DNA of 64,000 nt from Armatimonadota bacterium (GCA_031386985.1 JANNCV010000005.1:2049-66048); one strand, 5' to 3'. Shown: positions 17,615-27,370, counted from the stretch's first letter. Made by a program: numbers and translations. Notes: a model not told the origin generated them from the letters alone.

Positions 17615-19627
17615 TTAGCGCATAAACGCTTCGCGAACACCGGCGTCAACCGGGATGACCGCGCCCGTGGTCCGAGAGCTTTTGGCGTCGCTCGCGAGCC
17701 AGCAAATGGCCTCTGCGACGTGCTCGGGATGAACTTCTACGCCAAGTAATGAGCGCTTTCGGTAGTAATCCGGCAGCTCTTCAATCGGGATGCCGAGGCT
17801 TGCGGCGGTTTGGGTTTTCCAGGCGTCGGACCAGATGCCGCTGCCTTGGATCACGGCGTCGGGGTTTACGGCGTTGCAGCGAATGCTGTGCTTAGCCAGA
17901 TCATTTGCGGCACACCGCATGAGGTGGAGTTCGAAGGCCTTGGTCGCGGAATAAATCGCGGCATTTGAACCGACGGTGGCGGCATTTTTGGAACCGACAA
18001 CAACGATATTCCCGCCCAGGCCTTGCTTGATCATGAGCTGAGTGGCCTCGCGCATCGCCTCGAAATAGGCTTTCATGAGGAGATCGCTGAGGAACTTGTA
18101 ATCGGCATCGGTGGTATCAGCAACGGTTCCCCGGCGGGCGTTTCCGGCATTGATCACGCAGATATCAAGCCCCCCAAACTGTTCGACGGTAGAGCGAAAG
18201 GCCGTGCGCAAGGCTTCGGAATCGGTGACATCGCACGCAATTCCGATGAAATCAACATGCCCGGGAGCATTGATTTCAGCAATTTTCTCTTCGTTGAGGT
18301 CAAGAACGACGACGCAAGCTCCCTTTGCATGCAGTTGGCGAGCAGTAGCTAAGCCGATGCCTTGACCCCCACCCGTAACGAGCGCGATCTTGCGGCTGAA
18401 CTCCTTCTCCGCGGGCATTCGTTGGAGCTTTGCTTCTTCGAGGAGCCAGTATTCGATGTCGAACGCCTCTTGCTCGGGCAGCGCAGTGTATTTGGAAACG
18501 GTCTCAGCTCCGCGCATCACCTCGATGGCGCGGCAATAGAACTCCGAGGTGACCATCGCTTCCTTCTTCGTCTTGCCAAACGTGATCATTCCCCGACCGG
18601 GAACGAGGATTACGCTTGGATTTGGGTTGCGGATGGCAGGAGAGTTGGGGCGTTTGCAACGCTCGTAATACTCGGAGTAGCCCTTGCGATATTCTTCCAA
18701 AGCGGGTTCGATGGACTTGCCCATTTCCAAAATCATCGGGCGGATTTTGGTGCGAAGGAAGTGATCGGGGCAGCTTGTGCCCATTTGCGCTAGCTCAGTT
18801 AGTCGGGAACGGCTGACAAAATCAAGCACGGCTTCCCCGGATTCGAGATGGGCGATGTTAGCGAGGCCGTTGAAGGCGGTCAATCCCCGGAGAACGGCCG
18901 TCGTTTCGACAAGATCGCCGACCTGAGTGAACATCAACTGGTCTCCGAACGGACTTGAAGCGGAACGAGCATCAATGAAGGCTTGAGCCTTGTTGATTAG
19001 GCGCAAAGTGAGTTCGTAGCATTCCTGGGCATCATCCGCCCAGTTGATAAGGCCATGGCTACCCATGACAATTCCCTTGATGCCCGGTCTGTGCCGGATT
19101 TGATCACGGATCATCAGACCAAGCTCGAAACCCGGTCGTTTCCATGGAACATAGCCAACCTCATCACCATAAATCTCGGCGGTGAGCTTCTCGGCATCGG
19201 CGGCAGCGGCGATCGCGATTACGGCATCGGCGTGAACGTGATCCACATGCTTAAATGGGACGAACGCATGCAAAGGAGTATCAATTGAGCATGCGGTCGG
19301 GTTCATCCCAAAGTTGCAGTGCGGATATAGCCCGACTATCTCATCTTCCGTCGCCCCCGCTTGATAGCGAGCCTCAAGGCCAAGAATTGGTGATAAGTAA
19401 AGCGAAGCCAGCCCGGCACGCTTCATCGTCCCCAAGTCGCCGCCGGAGCCTTTGACCCACATCACTGAGACCTCTTCGCCAGTTAGGGGGTCGGTTTCGG
19501 TAACCTTGGTCGAGGTGTTCCCGCCGCCGAAATTGGTGATGCGGGGGTCGCTTCCCAGCAAGTTTGAGCGATAAACGAGCAGGTCAACTGGCGAGAGAGA
19601 TTGAGCTTGCCAGAGGTTTGGAATCAT
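17615..19627 (-). CDS. bifunctional class II aldolase / short-chain dehydrogenase (rhamnulose-1-phosphate aldolase/lactaldehyde dehydrogenase-like, RhaEW/YuxG type)
   Basis: The N-terminus 'LLVYRSNLLGSDPRITNFGGGNTS' is the aldolase-II part. The C-terminal SDR part has 'ALVTGGGQGIGLATA' and 'YSATKAFE'. It is 670 aa. Confidence 0.8.
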   Translation of the reverse strand: MIPNLWQAQSLSPVDLLVYRSNLLGSDPRITNFGGGNTSTKVTETDPLTGEEVSVMWVKGSGGDLGTMKRAGLASLYLSPILGLEARYQAGATEDEIVGLYPHCNFGMNPTACSIDTPLHAFVPFKHVDHVHADAVIAIAAAADAEKLTAEIYGDEVGYVPWKRPGFELGLMIRDQIRHRPGIKGIVMGSHGLINWADDAQECYELTLRLINKAQAFIDARSASSPFGDQLMFTQVGDLVETTAVLRGLTAFNGLANIAHLESGEAVLDFVSRSRLTELAQMGTSCPDHFLRTKIRPMILEMGKSIEPALEEYRKGYSEYYERCKRPNSPAIRNPNPSVILVPGRGMITFGKTKKEAMVTSEFYCRAIEVMRGAETVSKYTALPEQEAFDIEYWLLEEAKLQRMPAEKEFSRKIALVTGGGQGIGLATARQLHAKGACVVVLDLNEEKIAEINAPGHVDFIGIACDVTDSEALRTAFRSTVEQFGGLDICVINAGNARRGTVADTTDADYKFLSDLLMKAYFEAMREATQLMIKQGLGGNIVVVGSKNAATVGSNAAIYSATKAFELHLMRCAANDLAKHSIRCNAVNPDAVIQGSGIWSDAWKTQTAASLGIPIEELPDYYRKRSLLGVEVHPEHVAEAICWLASDAKSSRTTGAVIPVDAGVREAFMR

Positions 19628-20079
19628 CGTGGTAAAGCCGGGTAAAAGGACCGGTTGATCGCGGCGACGTCAACTTTCCAGGCATCTTTCACTTTTAGTA
19701 GGGGTATGCGGTGCAACGTTGGGTCGTTGTCTCCCGCCACCTTGAGGTTTATTCTGGCGATTACGGTTTCTTGAGAAGAAGTTTCGATGCCGTCAAAGGC
19801 CCATCTAAATTGAAAGTATTTGGTTCGTTTCAGGTTATCCTCCCATTTAGCTTGAACAGCGGCCTCATCTTGCCCATCAAGATAGGTAAAACTCGCGAGT
19901 TTCTTCGCATCCGTTTCAGCAAGTGCACTCATGAAGCCATTGGCCGTTGTCTCTGGACCTTTATTTTCACCCGAGAACATGACGACGCCCAAGCTAGCCA
20001 ATACGCAAACAACCGCAATTGCGGCCACGACGCTGATTCGACCGGATTGGGCGGAACTTTGGCTCGATTTGTATTTCAT
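19624..20079 (-). CDS. membrane-anchored hypothetical protein
   Basis: It has an N-terminal TM 'ISVVAAIAVVCVLASLGVVMF' and a 4-nt overlap with the downstream gene. No known motif was seen. Confidence 0.6.
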   Translation of the reverse strand: MKYKSSQSSAQSGRISVVAAIAVVCVLASLGVVMFSGENKGPETTANGFMSALAETDAKKLASFTYLDGQDEAAVQAKWEDNLKRTKYFQFRWAFDGIETSSQETVIARINLKVAGDNDPTLHRIPLLKVKDAWKVDVAAINRSFYPALPR

Positions 20080-20108
20080 GAATGCATCAACCGATTTTGT
20101 GGAACTCT

Positions 20109-20194
20109 TGGTGCCGGGGGAGGGACTCGAACCCTCATGTAGTCTCCCACAACGGTGTTTGAGACCGCCGCGTCTACCATTCCGCCACCCCGGC
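20109..20194 (-). tRNA. tRNA-Leu (anticodon CAA)
   Basis: The reverse complement GCCGGGGTGGCGGAATGGTAGACGCGGCGGTCTCAAACACCGT...GGGTTCGAGTCCCTCCCCCGGCACCA folds with acceptor GCCGGGG/CCCCGGC, anticodon loop CT-CAA-AC, a long variable arm, a T-arm GGGTTCGAGTCCC and an encoded CCA. Confidence 0.9.
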
Positions 20195-20206
20195 GCGAGC
20201 TTAAAG

Positions 20207-20692
20207 TTATACCCCGTTCAGCCTACTCTTGAATGCGTGACAGATGGCAATCGCGAGTGCATCGGCCACATCGTCGGGTTTTGGGGTCTCTTTTAGCGAG
20301 AGCAGCTTGGTGACCATGAACTGCACTTGCTTCTTATCCGCTGCTCCATTGCCTACCACGGCGAGCTTGATTTCCGGCGGGGAATACTCGGTCCATTGCA
20401 AATTATGGTGGGCGGTGGCGAGCAGGATTACGCCTAGGGCCTTGGAAACATCCATAGCGGTGGTTTTGTTCGCCGCGAACAGGAGTCTTTCAGTTGCAAC
20501 CTTGTCCGGGTTGGTTCGAGCGATGAGGCTGGTGACTTCCTCGTAGATGTATTTAAGGCGATCAGTCAGAACAATCCGGGGGCTCACGATGATGCCGTAC
20601 TCAATCGCGGTGAGTCGCGAGCCTTCCCGCTCAACCAAAGCAAACCCAATCCGCTCGAGCCCCGGATCAATCCCCAAAATACGCACGCTCAA
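20207..20692 (-). CDS. ruvC: crossover junction endodeoxyribonuclease RuvC
   Basis: 'RILGIDPGLERIGFALVE' and 'ATERLLFAANKTTAMDVSKALGVI' are seen, and the C-terminal 'PDDVADALAIAICH' is typical of RuvC. Confidence 0.9.
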   Translation of the reverse strand: MSVRILGIDPGLERIGFALVEREGSRLTAIEYGIIVSPRIVLTDRLKYIYEEVTSLIARTNPDKVATERLLFAANKTTAMDVSKALGVILLATAHHNLQWTEYSPPEIKLAVVGNGAADKKQVQFMVTKLLSLKETPKPDDVADALAIAICHAFKSRLNGV

Positions 20693-21229
20693 TTGTGCAA
20701 CGTTTTGTCCTCCGAGAACGCTTTACTTATTGTGAGAATTATTTTTGGATTAGCATTGGCGTGCGCCTTGATCGGCTGTGATGATCAGGCCAGAATGGAG
20801 GTTTCGAGCGAAGGTGGGAAAGCTCTACAAAGCGCGGGGAAGGCGATCTCTATCGGATTTGCTTCGGCGATGAAGAAGGCCAAAGAACTCTCCGATGATG
20901 CCAGCCCCCAGGTTGTCGCTGCGCAAAAAACCGCTCTGGAAACTATTCATGCCCAACTCAAGAAGATTCCCAGACCAAGCCCCGAGATTCAGAAGCAAAT
21001 GGATGACCTGCAAAACGGAATTGAGAAGCTGGATGCGCAGGTGATGCTAAAACTAGCTCAAGATCAGGCTAATGAGCTTGTTGAGAAAGCGAAAGCGATG
21101 GGCAAAACCGCCGAAGAAGTGAAGGAAAAGCTTCGCGAGACGGACGAAAAATACCGCGATGCCGAAAGGAGATTGAAAGATGCCCAAACACGCTACGAAG
21201 AAGCAAAATCTAGGCTCGGAATAACCTAA
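20693..21229 (+). CDS. coiled-coil lipoprotein, hypothetical
   Basis: It has a lipobox 'ALIGCDD' and a Lys/Glu-rich coiled-coil remainder. The start codon is uncertain (TTG/GTG region). Confidence 0.55.
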   Translation: MCNVLSSENALLIVRIIFGLALACALIGCDDQARMEVSSEGGKALQSAGKAISIGFASAMKKAKELSDDASPQVVAAQKTALETIHAQLKKIPRPSPEIQKQMDDLQNGIEKLDAQVMLKLAQDQANELVEKAKAMGKTAEEVKEKLRETDEKYRDAERRLKDAQTRYEEAKSRLGIT

Positions 21230-21249
21230 CAATGAGGTAAGGTTGGGTT

Positions 21250-21816
21250 ATGGTCGCTTCGCTCCTCTTGCTTGCCGCTCAACCTGTCGTCGCCCTCCAA
21301 ACTCCTCCAGAACAGGTTGCGCTCAAGATTGATTTCATTACCTTTGATCACGCCCTGGAATGGTCGAACATGCCAGGAAAACCGGAAGTTTTCAAAGACG
21401 CACCGCTCGGGTTGCCGTTTGAAGCCAGAATTGTCAAGGAGGAGGGGCGCTCCTACGCGAAAATCCCTTATCTGCGCGCGCAAACCGAACCCGCATTCAT
21501 GGTCATTTCCTCCCCCATCGCTACAATGGGGATGGGTCTGGAATCCACGGTGATGCAGCGAGCTAACGAACATACCTTCACGCTCGCGTTTAAAGTTGTT
21601 CCTGATCTCAAAGTGCCCGGAACCCACCGCATAGCTGTTAGCGTTGATAACGCCGTCCGGAAGGTTGATGCTCAATACCCGTTTACTTACACCACCCGGT
21701 TTGCCGAGGGCGAGACCCTAGTCCTGGCCATCAGGGCCAACGCACCCACACGAAACACCGTCCAAATGATCGCCGTCCGTTGGTTGGCACAAAACAAACT
21801 GCCAGGCGGAAACTAG
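21250..21816 (+). CDS. hypothetical protein with secretin-like short motif, paralog A (C-terminus ...LPGGN)
   Basis: It has a hydrophobic N-terminus 'MVASLLLLAAQPVVALQ'. 'QVALKIDFITFD' and 'AFMVISSPIATMGMG' resemble the 'qV.ie..ivev' and 'vLssP.i.t..g' blocks of secretin domains (by eye). It is a paralog of the next gene. Confidence 0.6.
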   Translation: MVASLLLLAAQPVVALQTPPEQVALKIDFITFDHALEWSNMPGKPEVFKDAPLGLPFEARIVKEEGRSYAKIPYLRAQTEPAFMVISSPIATMGMGLESTVMQRANEHTFTLAFKVVPDLKVPGTHRIAVSVDNAVRKVDAQYPFTYTTRFAEGETLVLAIRANAPTRNTVQMIAVRWLAQNKLPGGN

Positions 21817-21862
21817 TGAACTCGGTGGAACTTCATAGCACCCCGATCAGGTAAGTTGGACT

Positions 21863-22444
21863 ATGACATCCCTTTGCTTAATCCTCGCTTTCCAAACTGG
21901 AATCGCTCCCAAACCAGAACACAACCAGGTAATGCTGAAGTGCCAGATGGTTGCGTTTGATAGGGTGGTGGATTGGTCGAAGCTGCCAGGAACGGCCCAA
22001 GTGGTGAAAGATGTCCAGCCAGGGATGCCTTTCCAAGCAAGGGTGGCAAAGATGAATGGAAAGGCATTTGCGAGCATGATCTACGAACTCGCCGGCGAAG
22101 CTCCAGCTTTCAAAATCCTTTCTTCTCCAAATATGAAGACGCTGATGGGAATGCCCGCGAACGTTTCAATCGGGGATGCAAAAACGGGCGAGGGGTTCTC
22201 TCTCTCAGTCAACCTCGTTGCGAATCCTGGTGAATCCTTGGAGTATCAGCTTAGGGTTCAATACGATAACGCTCATCACTCGCCCGAGAACAAAACTTAC
22301 CCATTCAGTTTCTCAACGAAGCTGGTGCCAAACCAAACTCTCGCCCTCGCCATCAAGCCGACGGACAAGGGTGATCTCACGAAAACGGTTCAGCTGATCA
22401 CGATCCAGTGGGTTCGTGACGGTCAGGCATCAGGCGGACGCTAG
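21863..22444 (+). CDS. hypothetical protein with secretin-like short motif, paralog B (C-terminus ...ASGGR)
   Basis: 'QVMLKCQMVAFDRV' and 'AFKILSSPNMKTLMGMPANVSIGD' are seen. It is collinear with 21250..21816. Confidence 0.6.
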   Translation: MTSLCLILAFQTGIAPKPEHNQVMLKCQMVAFDRVVDWSKLPGTAQVVKDVQPGMPFQARVAKMNGKAFASMIYELAGEAPAFKILSSPNMKTLMGMPANVSIGDAKTGEGFSLSVNLVANPGESLEYQLRVQYDNAHHSPENKTYPFSFSTKLVPNQTLALAIKPTDKGDLTKTVQLITIQWVRDGQASGGR

Positions 22445-22445
22445 A

Positions 22446-23900
22446 GTGTCCCATGCTGAAGGTGAGCGGATCTTTGGCGTCGAAACCGAATTTGGAACGC
22501 TAGTAGGCGACGAAACCCTGGGGCCACCTGAGGGCATAGTTGAAATCATAAAAGACTATCTCTTTCGCGATCTCAAGATCGGGCTGCTTGATCTTCACTC
22601 TCGTGATGAGGTTTTCGAGCCCGCCGAATCGGGCGGGTTCCTCATAAATGGGGGGCGGCTGTATATTGATGCCGTCGGCTCACATCTTGAGTATGCAACC
22701 GCCGAGTGCCGGTCGCTGAAGGACCTCGTGGCTAATGATAGAGCCGGGCAACGTTTGATCGTGAGGGCAATCAAGGAACTTGGCCTAGCTGATGTTGTGA
22801 GCGTTTACAACAACAGCATTGATCACTTCGGTGGGCACACCTTTGGCTGTCACGAAAACTACCTCGTTTCGGCGAGTGAAGAGCTTTTCAATGAGCAGAT
22901 ACACCTTCTGTATCCTTTCCTTGTAACCCGCCAGATTTTCGCGGGGGTTGGCCGGGTGGGGGGGCATATCTTGGTGGCGGGGAACTACCTTCCAAGCTAT
23001 GAGGAAGTCGCCGAGAATCCCGTGGATTACATCTGGATCAGCAACGTTTATGGCGTTATGCCTGATCCGACGATTAAGTTTCAGTTAAGCCAAAGGGCCG
23101 ATCATATTATCAAAACGGTCGCAAGTCGAGTTCGGTTTAATCGTGCCTTGATCAATCCGAAATGGGAACACTACTACACCCATGACGGGTTCACGCGACT
23201 TCATATGTTGTTTGGCGAATCAAACCAAAACGAGTTCGCGTACGCACTCAAGGTCGGGACGACGGCCTTGATTTTGCGCTTGCTGGAAGACGATCTCGTG
23301 CCGAACCACGTCATCTTGAAGAGTCCGCTGATTGCGTTGCGTCAAGTCTCGCGTGATGAAACCTATTCTTGGCCCGTGGACTTGCAGGAAGGACGTGCAA
23401 TTGGGGCCATTGAACTCCAAAGAGTCTACTTAGCGGCCGCCCAAGCTTATCGAGGGACCGACGCGCAAACGGACTGGGTGCTCGCCGAGTGGGAACGCAT
23501 CCTCAACGATTTGGAAAAAGACCCAATGCGGTGCGGCGATCGGATAGATTGGGTAGCCAAGAAGTTAATCATCGAAGAATATCGAGCCAGCGAAAACTTA
23601 CAGTGGGATGCGGATGCGCTCCACTCCATTGACCTTGAATATCATAATATCAACCCCGACCAATCCCTTTTCTATGCATGGCAAGAAATGGGAAAAACGG
23701 AGCGCAGAATCAGCAATTTGGATATCGTGGACTCAACCACGGAGCCCCCAGGCAATACCCGTGCGCTCGGCCGCGCCAAGCTGATCAGCCAGATACTCGC
23801 GAAAAAGGGTCCCCAAAACTACGCAATTGATTGGAGCGGAGTCGCGCCTGAACGCTCAAAATACATTGATATGCCCGACCCGTTTCAAACTTACGCCTAA
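22446..23900 (+). CDS. Pup-ligase/deamidase family protein (PafA/Dop-like carboxylate-amine ligase)
   Basis: 'ERIFGVETEFG' is the characteristic N-terminus of the Pup_ligase family, followed by 'NGGRLYIDAVGSHLEYATAEC', 'FGCHENYLV' and 'LSQRADHI'. The GTG at 22446 is 2 nt after the upstream stop. Confidence 0.75.
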   Translation: MSHAEGERIFGVETEFGTLVGDETLGPPEGIVEIIKDYLFRDLKIGLLDLHSRDEVFEPAESGGFLINGGRLYIDAVGSHLEYATAECRSLKDLVANDRAGQRLIVRAIKELGLADVVSVYNNSIDHFGGHTFGCHENYLVSASEELFNEQIHLLYPFLVTRQIFAGVGRVGGHILVAGNYLPSYEEVAENPVDYIWISNVYGVMPDPTIKFQLSQRADHIIKTVASRVRFNRALINPKWEHYYTHDGFTRLHMLFGESNQNEFAYALKVGTTALILRLLEDDLVPNHVILKSPLIALRQVSRDETYSWPVDLQEGRAIGAIELQRVYLAAAQAYRGTDAQTDWVLAEWERILNDLEKDPMRCGDRIDWVAKKLIIEEYRASENLQWDADALHSIDLEYHNINPDQSLFYAWQEMGKTERRISNLDIVDSTTEPPGNTRALGRAKLISQILAKKGPQNYAIDWSGVAPERSKYIDMPDPFQTYA

Positions 23901-23902
23901 CC

Positions 23903-25789
23903 TTGTGGCACAACAATTGCGCTATCCTCTTGTTAGGTTCCATGTTGAGGGGTTGTGTTTGTCGTTGGATTTTGATTGCATGGCTGGTGGCTGTGTCTGG
24001 ATTAAGTCACGCGATCGTCGTTAAGGCGATTGGGGGATCCGTATACTTAAATGAGCAGCACATTCTCACTCTAAAATCGGGCCGGAATGACGAGCGAGCG
24101 CAAGGCGTGGCGACATCTTTTCAAAAGCTATCCGCTGATGACAACCTCATTCTTAAGAAGCGCGACAAATTCACGTACGACATCGTTGCGGGCGAACGGG
24201 TGGTGCTCACGGCTACGCGGCCCGAAGCCAAAGCTCAAGGCACGAGTTCTTCGGAACTCGCAGGATTGTGGTTGTCTCGCCTGAAGGCGGCCCTAGCATT
24301 GCCGGCATTAGCTTTTTCTGAGTCGTCATTGAAGGTCGGATTGGACGGAAAAGTTACCGTCAAGCTTGAAGGTTATCACGCCGCCGGCTCGACCGTGACC
24401 ACCGACGACGGGGAAGTTCTCGAGGTGAAGCGAAAGGAAAAAGCGTTGACCCTCATTGGCCGAAAACTGGGCCAGGCGACCCTTACCGCAACGTTTGCAG
24501 GCATCGCCAAGTCCATTCGCGTTTCGGTGTTACCGGTCGCAGCAAAATTCCCCCAGACACTTTACGTTTCGGTAACCGGTGACCCGACCAATGCGGAGAC
24601 CGTTCGGAACGCAGTGGAGGGCACGCTTTGGACTCGCCTTGAGGTTCTGGATTCAGCCGCTTACGAGTTTGCGTTGCCGGCGATCTCCAGTCTTGCCTTT
24701 TCGCAGACCGCGACTTTCCCGGTCTCAGTAACGGCGACCGCTCCAAACGCCCTCAGCGCTCAAGGCATCGTTAACGTTATCGTCAGGAATGAGTCCATAA
24801 ACTATCGCGCCGAATCGGAGCTCTGGTATTCCAATCACCCCGAAAACGTGGAGCAACCGGGAAATCTTTTCGGCGGAACCCTACGTAACGGCGAAGCCGT
24901 GCGCCTTCTTTACCACCATATCAATGACTCTCCGGCCGGTATGGTAGTGCAGGCTATCGCGGTGAATGCGACCATGGAACCGGCTCGAATGCTAATAATT
25001 CCCGGCGATTGCAAGCCGGACAAGAACCCGGTTTTGGCTGGAATTGTTGCTGCTGAGCAGCTTCTCAAATCCTGGGTAAAGTTCTCTGGCGAAATTGTAA
25101 CGATTCCGGCCATGTCGTCAATCCCGATTACTATTCGCCGACTCGGTCCGCAGGAAACGTGTAGTGGTCTGTGCTATTTGCGCCTCATTGACGGCCCCGC
25201 CCAGATCACATTGAGGACCGATGCCCTTGCCTCTTCCCAAGCCAATGGGCGCATGGCGCTTGCGATGCAAACCACAATGCCTTGGCAGAGATTGGGTTCA
25301 ATGCCTCTAGAATCTGCCCTTGGCCCGGCCCAGCAGAGCCCCTTTGTTTACCCTTGGCCGTTCAAAACTCAAAGCGTGGATTACAATGTCGGCGGGCGGC
25401 ACGCATTTGTGCGCATTGGCCAAGTTCCTATTTCGACCGCGAGCGGCGAGGGTTTAGATGGCAATTTTGGCGTGTTCTACTCTATTGAGGCGAACTGCAC
25501 CAACCCCGGCCCTGAACCCGCAGATTTGGAGGTTGTTTTCGAAGCGAGCGCCGGTTACTCGGGGGCGCTGTTTGTTTTAAACGGGGAAGTTAGAAGGACA
25601 CCGTTACTTCAGCCCAAAGAGGAAGTTTTAGTGGCTCGCATGAAACTCGGAGCAGGAGAGAAGCGAAGATTTGCCATGATGACTGTTCCGCTAAGCGGGA
25701 GTAGCTACCCCGCCACCATTGTCATCCGCCCCGTTGGCTCAGGCTCAAGCACTATGCCGATGCGGCAGATGTTTGGGACGAAGCAGTAG
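23903..25789 (+). CDS. secreted/membrane-anchored protein with a bacterial Ig-like (Big_2-like) domain, otherwise unknown
   Basis: It starts 3 nt after the Pup-ligase stop. A signal-like 'MLRGCVCRWILIAWLVAVSGLSHA' begins at the alternative ATG 23942. 'KVTVKLEGYHAAGSTVTTDDGEVLEVK...LGQATLTATFAGIAKSIRVSV' looks like Big_2. Confidence 0.65.
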   Translation: MWHNNCAILLLGSMLRGCVCRWILIAWLVAVSGLSHAIVVKAIGGSVYLNEQHILTLKSGRNDERAQGVATSFQKLSADDNLILKKRDKFTYDIVAGERVVLTATRPEAKAQGTSSSELAGLWLSRLKAALALPALAFSESSLKVGLDGKVTVKLEGYHAAGSTVTTDDGEVLEVKRKEKALTLIGRKLGQATLTATFAGIAKSIRVSVLPVAAKFPQTLYVSVTGDPTNAETVRNAVEGTLWTRLEVLDSAAYEFALPAISSLAFSQTATFPVSVTATAPNALSAQGIVNVIVRNESINYRAESELWYSNHPENVEQPGNLFGGTLRNGEAVRLLYHHINDSPAGMVVQAIAVNATMEPARMLIIPGDCKPDKNPVLAGIVAAEQLLKSWVKFSGEIVTIPAMSSIPITIRRLGPQETCSGLCYLRLIDGPAQITLRTDALASSQANGRMALAMQTTMPWQRLGSMPLESALGPAQQSPFVYPWPFKTQSVDYNVGGRHAFVRIGQVPISTASGEGLDGNFGVFYSIEANCTNPGPEPADLEVVFEASAGYSGALFVLNGEVRRTPLLQPKEEVLVARMKLGAGEKRRFAMMTVPLSGSSYPATIVIRPVGSGSSTMPMRQMFGTKQ

Positions 25790-25800
25790 TAACGCTGGAT

Positions 25801-26754
25801 CTAGGGATTTCCCGTGAACAGGCACACATAGATTACGCCAGTGTTTGGATCGGTCCATTGGACCGATACCGAGACTGTGCCCGTCGGTGGATCAGTAAGC
25901 CCAGCCGCAAATCGGCCATTTGCACCAACAGTAGTATCGTCGCGATTGTTGTTGTTGCCTTCCTCCCAAGTGAGAACCTCGGCTCCGACGCAGTTAACGT
26001 TCCCAAACATAATCTTTCCGCCGACCAGAGTTCCCCCTCGGCTGTAACCCGAGAGGGTGAGCTGACACGTACCGTGGGTGAGGAGGCTCACTCCGCCCGC
26101 GCCCGCGGCGAGGACGTAAAACGAACCTGTAGGAATTTGGGAGCCGATTGTTCCGGTGAAGAGAGTGTCGTTGCCTTGAGGCTGCGAACTGATTGAGAGT
26201 GAATCACCAGACGCGCCCCCGAAGCTCTTGGCATTTAATGTGGGGCTGCTAAACATCGTGACGGTGGTTCCGGTGGGAGCTGTCACCTGGTACCGCGCGA
26301 TGCCATCGTTAGGGACCAAAAGTTGCCCATTGGTGAGTTGGGGATTATCTGCCGCGTTTGTGTCAACGCGGCATTGGAGGGAATTCGTTTGCGGGCTTCC
26401 CGCGTTCACAACGTAATCCACGGGCAAAAATCCACGTGCAAAACATCGAACCCGCAAGTTCACGCCCGAAGGTAACCCATCAATTGTAAACAATCCCTGA
26501 GCATTGGCTCCGCCGGCCCTGGTTCCCGAGCCAACGAGAACGACGGCTCCTTCGGTAGGTGAGGCGACCGGATTACCCGCCGCATTCAGAAATTCGAGAC
26601 GACCACGCATTCGCAAAGTGCTGCCGGTGGGCTCAAACACTGCCGTTCCGGCAGTAGGTTCTACGCCTCCTCCGCCAGCTCCCCCGCAAGCAACGAGGAA
26701 AAGAAATGTCGCAAAGAGAAGTAGGTTGGTCAGCGGGTGTCGTGGTTGTTTCAT
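25801..26754 (-). CDS. hypothetical lipoprotein (beta-rich, Gly/Thr-rich)
   Basis: It has a lipobox 'FLVACGG'. No catalytic motif was seen. Confidence 0.6.
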   Translation of the reverse strand: MKQPRHPLTNLLLFATFLFLVACGGAGGGGVEPTAGTAVFEPTGSTLRMRGRLEFLNAAGNPVASPTEGAVVLVGSGTRAGGANAQGLFTIDGLPSGVNLRVRCFARGFLPVDYVVNAGSPQTNSLQCRVDTNAADNPQLTNGQLLVPNDGIARYQVTAPTGTTVTMFSSPTLNAKSFGGASGDSLSISSQPQGNDTLFTGTIGSQIPTGSFYVLAAGAGGVSLLTHGTCQLTLSGYSRGGTLVGGKIMFGNVNCVGAEVLTWEEGNNNNRDDTTVGANGRFAAGLTDPPTGTVSVSVQWTDPNTGVIYVCLFTGNP

Positions 26755-26816
26755 AGAGACCTCACATCTACATTATACGAGCAGATTTCGTAAATCCAAA
26801 AAAATCTGCTTCCTCT

Positions 26817-27365
26817 TTATCGCTTCTCCCTACTTGCGGGCACAACCGGCCGATCGTCCCTTGGCTGAATTTCACTCTTGCCGCGCTCTATTGCGGTCAT
26901 CAATCTTCCGGTGACGGTTTCAAGTTGATTCAAAACATCCAGAGCATAACTCTCCGCACCTCGCCTGACTTGGATTGCGTCTCGCTCGGCGATAGACCGC
27001 ACCTCTTCACTCTGGGCCTTCGCTAACTTCAAAATCTCGCTTTCGTGGATCATTCGATCTTGCTGAGCTTGGGCGTGAGTCAAGATTTTCTCAGACTCTT
27101 GGCGTGCTTCGCTCAGGAGCCTCTCCGCTTCGCGGCGAGCGGTATCAAGCGTGTTTGAGGCATCTTCGCGGGCGCTTTCCACGATCCGGTCGGAATCGCG
27201 CACGGTTTGTTGGGCTTGTTTTACTTCAGTGGGAAGCGATGCCCTAACCTTCGAGATCTTGTTGTTGATATCATCCTTATTGAGCCCAAAAGTTAGGCCA
27301 ATGAAGGTGCGGGGACGGTCAACCGCCGCCTCTTTAAGTTCATCAAGAAGTCTTAGAATATCCAC
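26817..27365 (-). CDS. coiled-coil protein (ATP-synthase b/E-like or DivIVA-like), hypothetical
   Basis: It has a long Glu/Arg/Ala heptad-like region 'REAERLLSEARQESEKILTHAQAQQDRMIHESE' and lies downstream of coaD in the same orientation. Confidence 0.55.
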   Translation of the reverse strand: MDILRLLDELKEAAVDRPRTFIGLTFGLNKDDINNKISKVRASLPTEVKQAQQTVRDSDRIVESAREDASNTLDTARREAERLLSEARQESEKILTHAQAQQDRMIHESEILKLAKAQSEEVRSIAERDAIQVRRGAESYALDVLNQLETVTGRLMTAIERGKSEIQPRDDRPVVPASREKR

Positions 27366-27370
27366 AGGTT

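Noticed and set aside
21250-22444. I considered whether the two ~190-aa Gly-Gly-X-terminated proteins are bona fide Pup/UBact modifiers.
   Set aside because: They are far longer than Pup/UBact, lack the GGQ/GGE or RxGE/Q ending, and have signal-like N-termini and secretin-like motifs. The idea is kept only as a flagged speculation in the findings.
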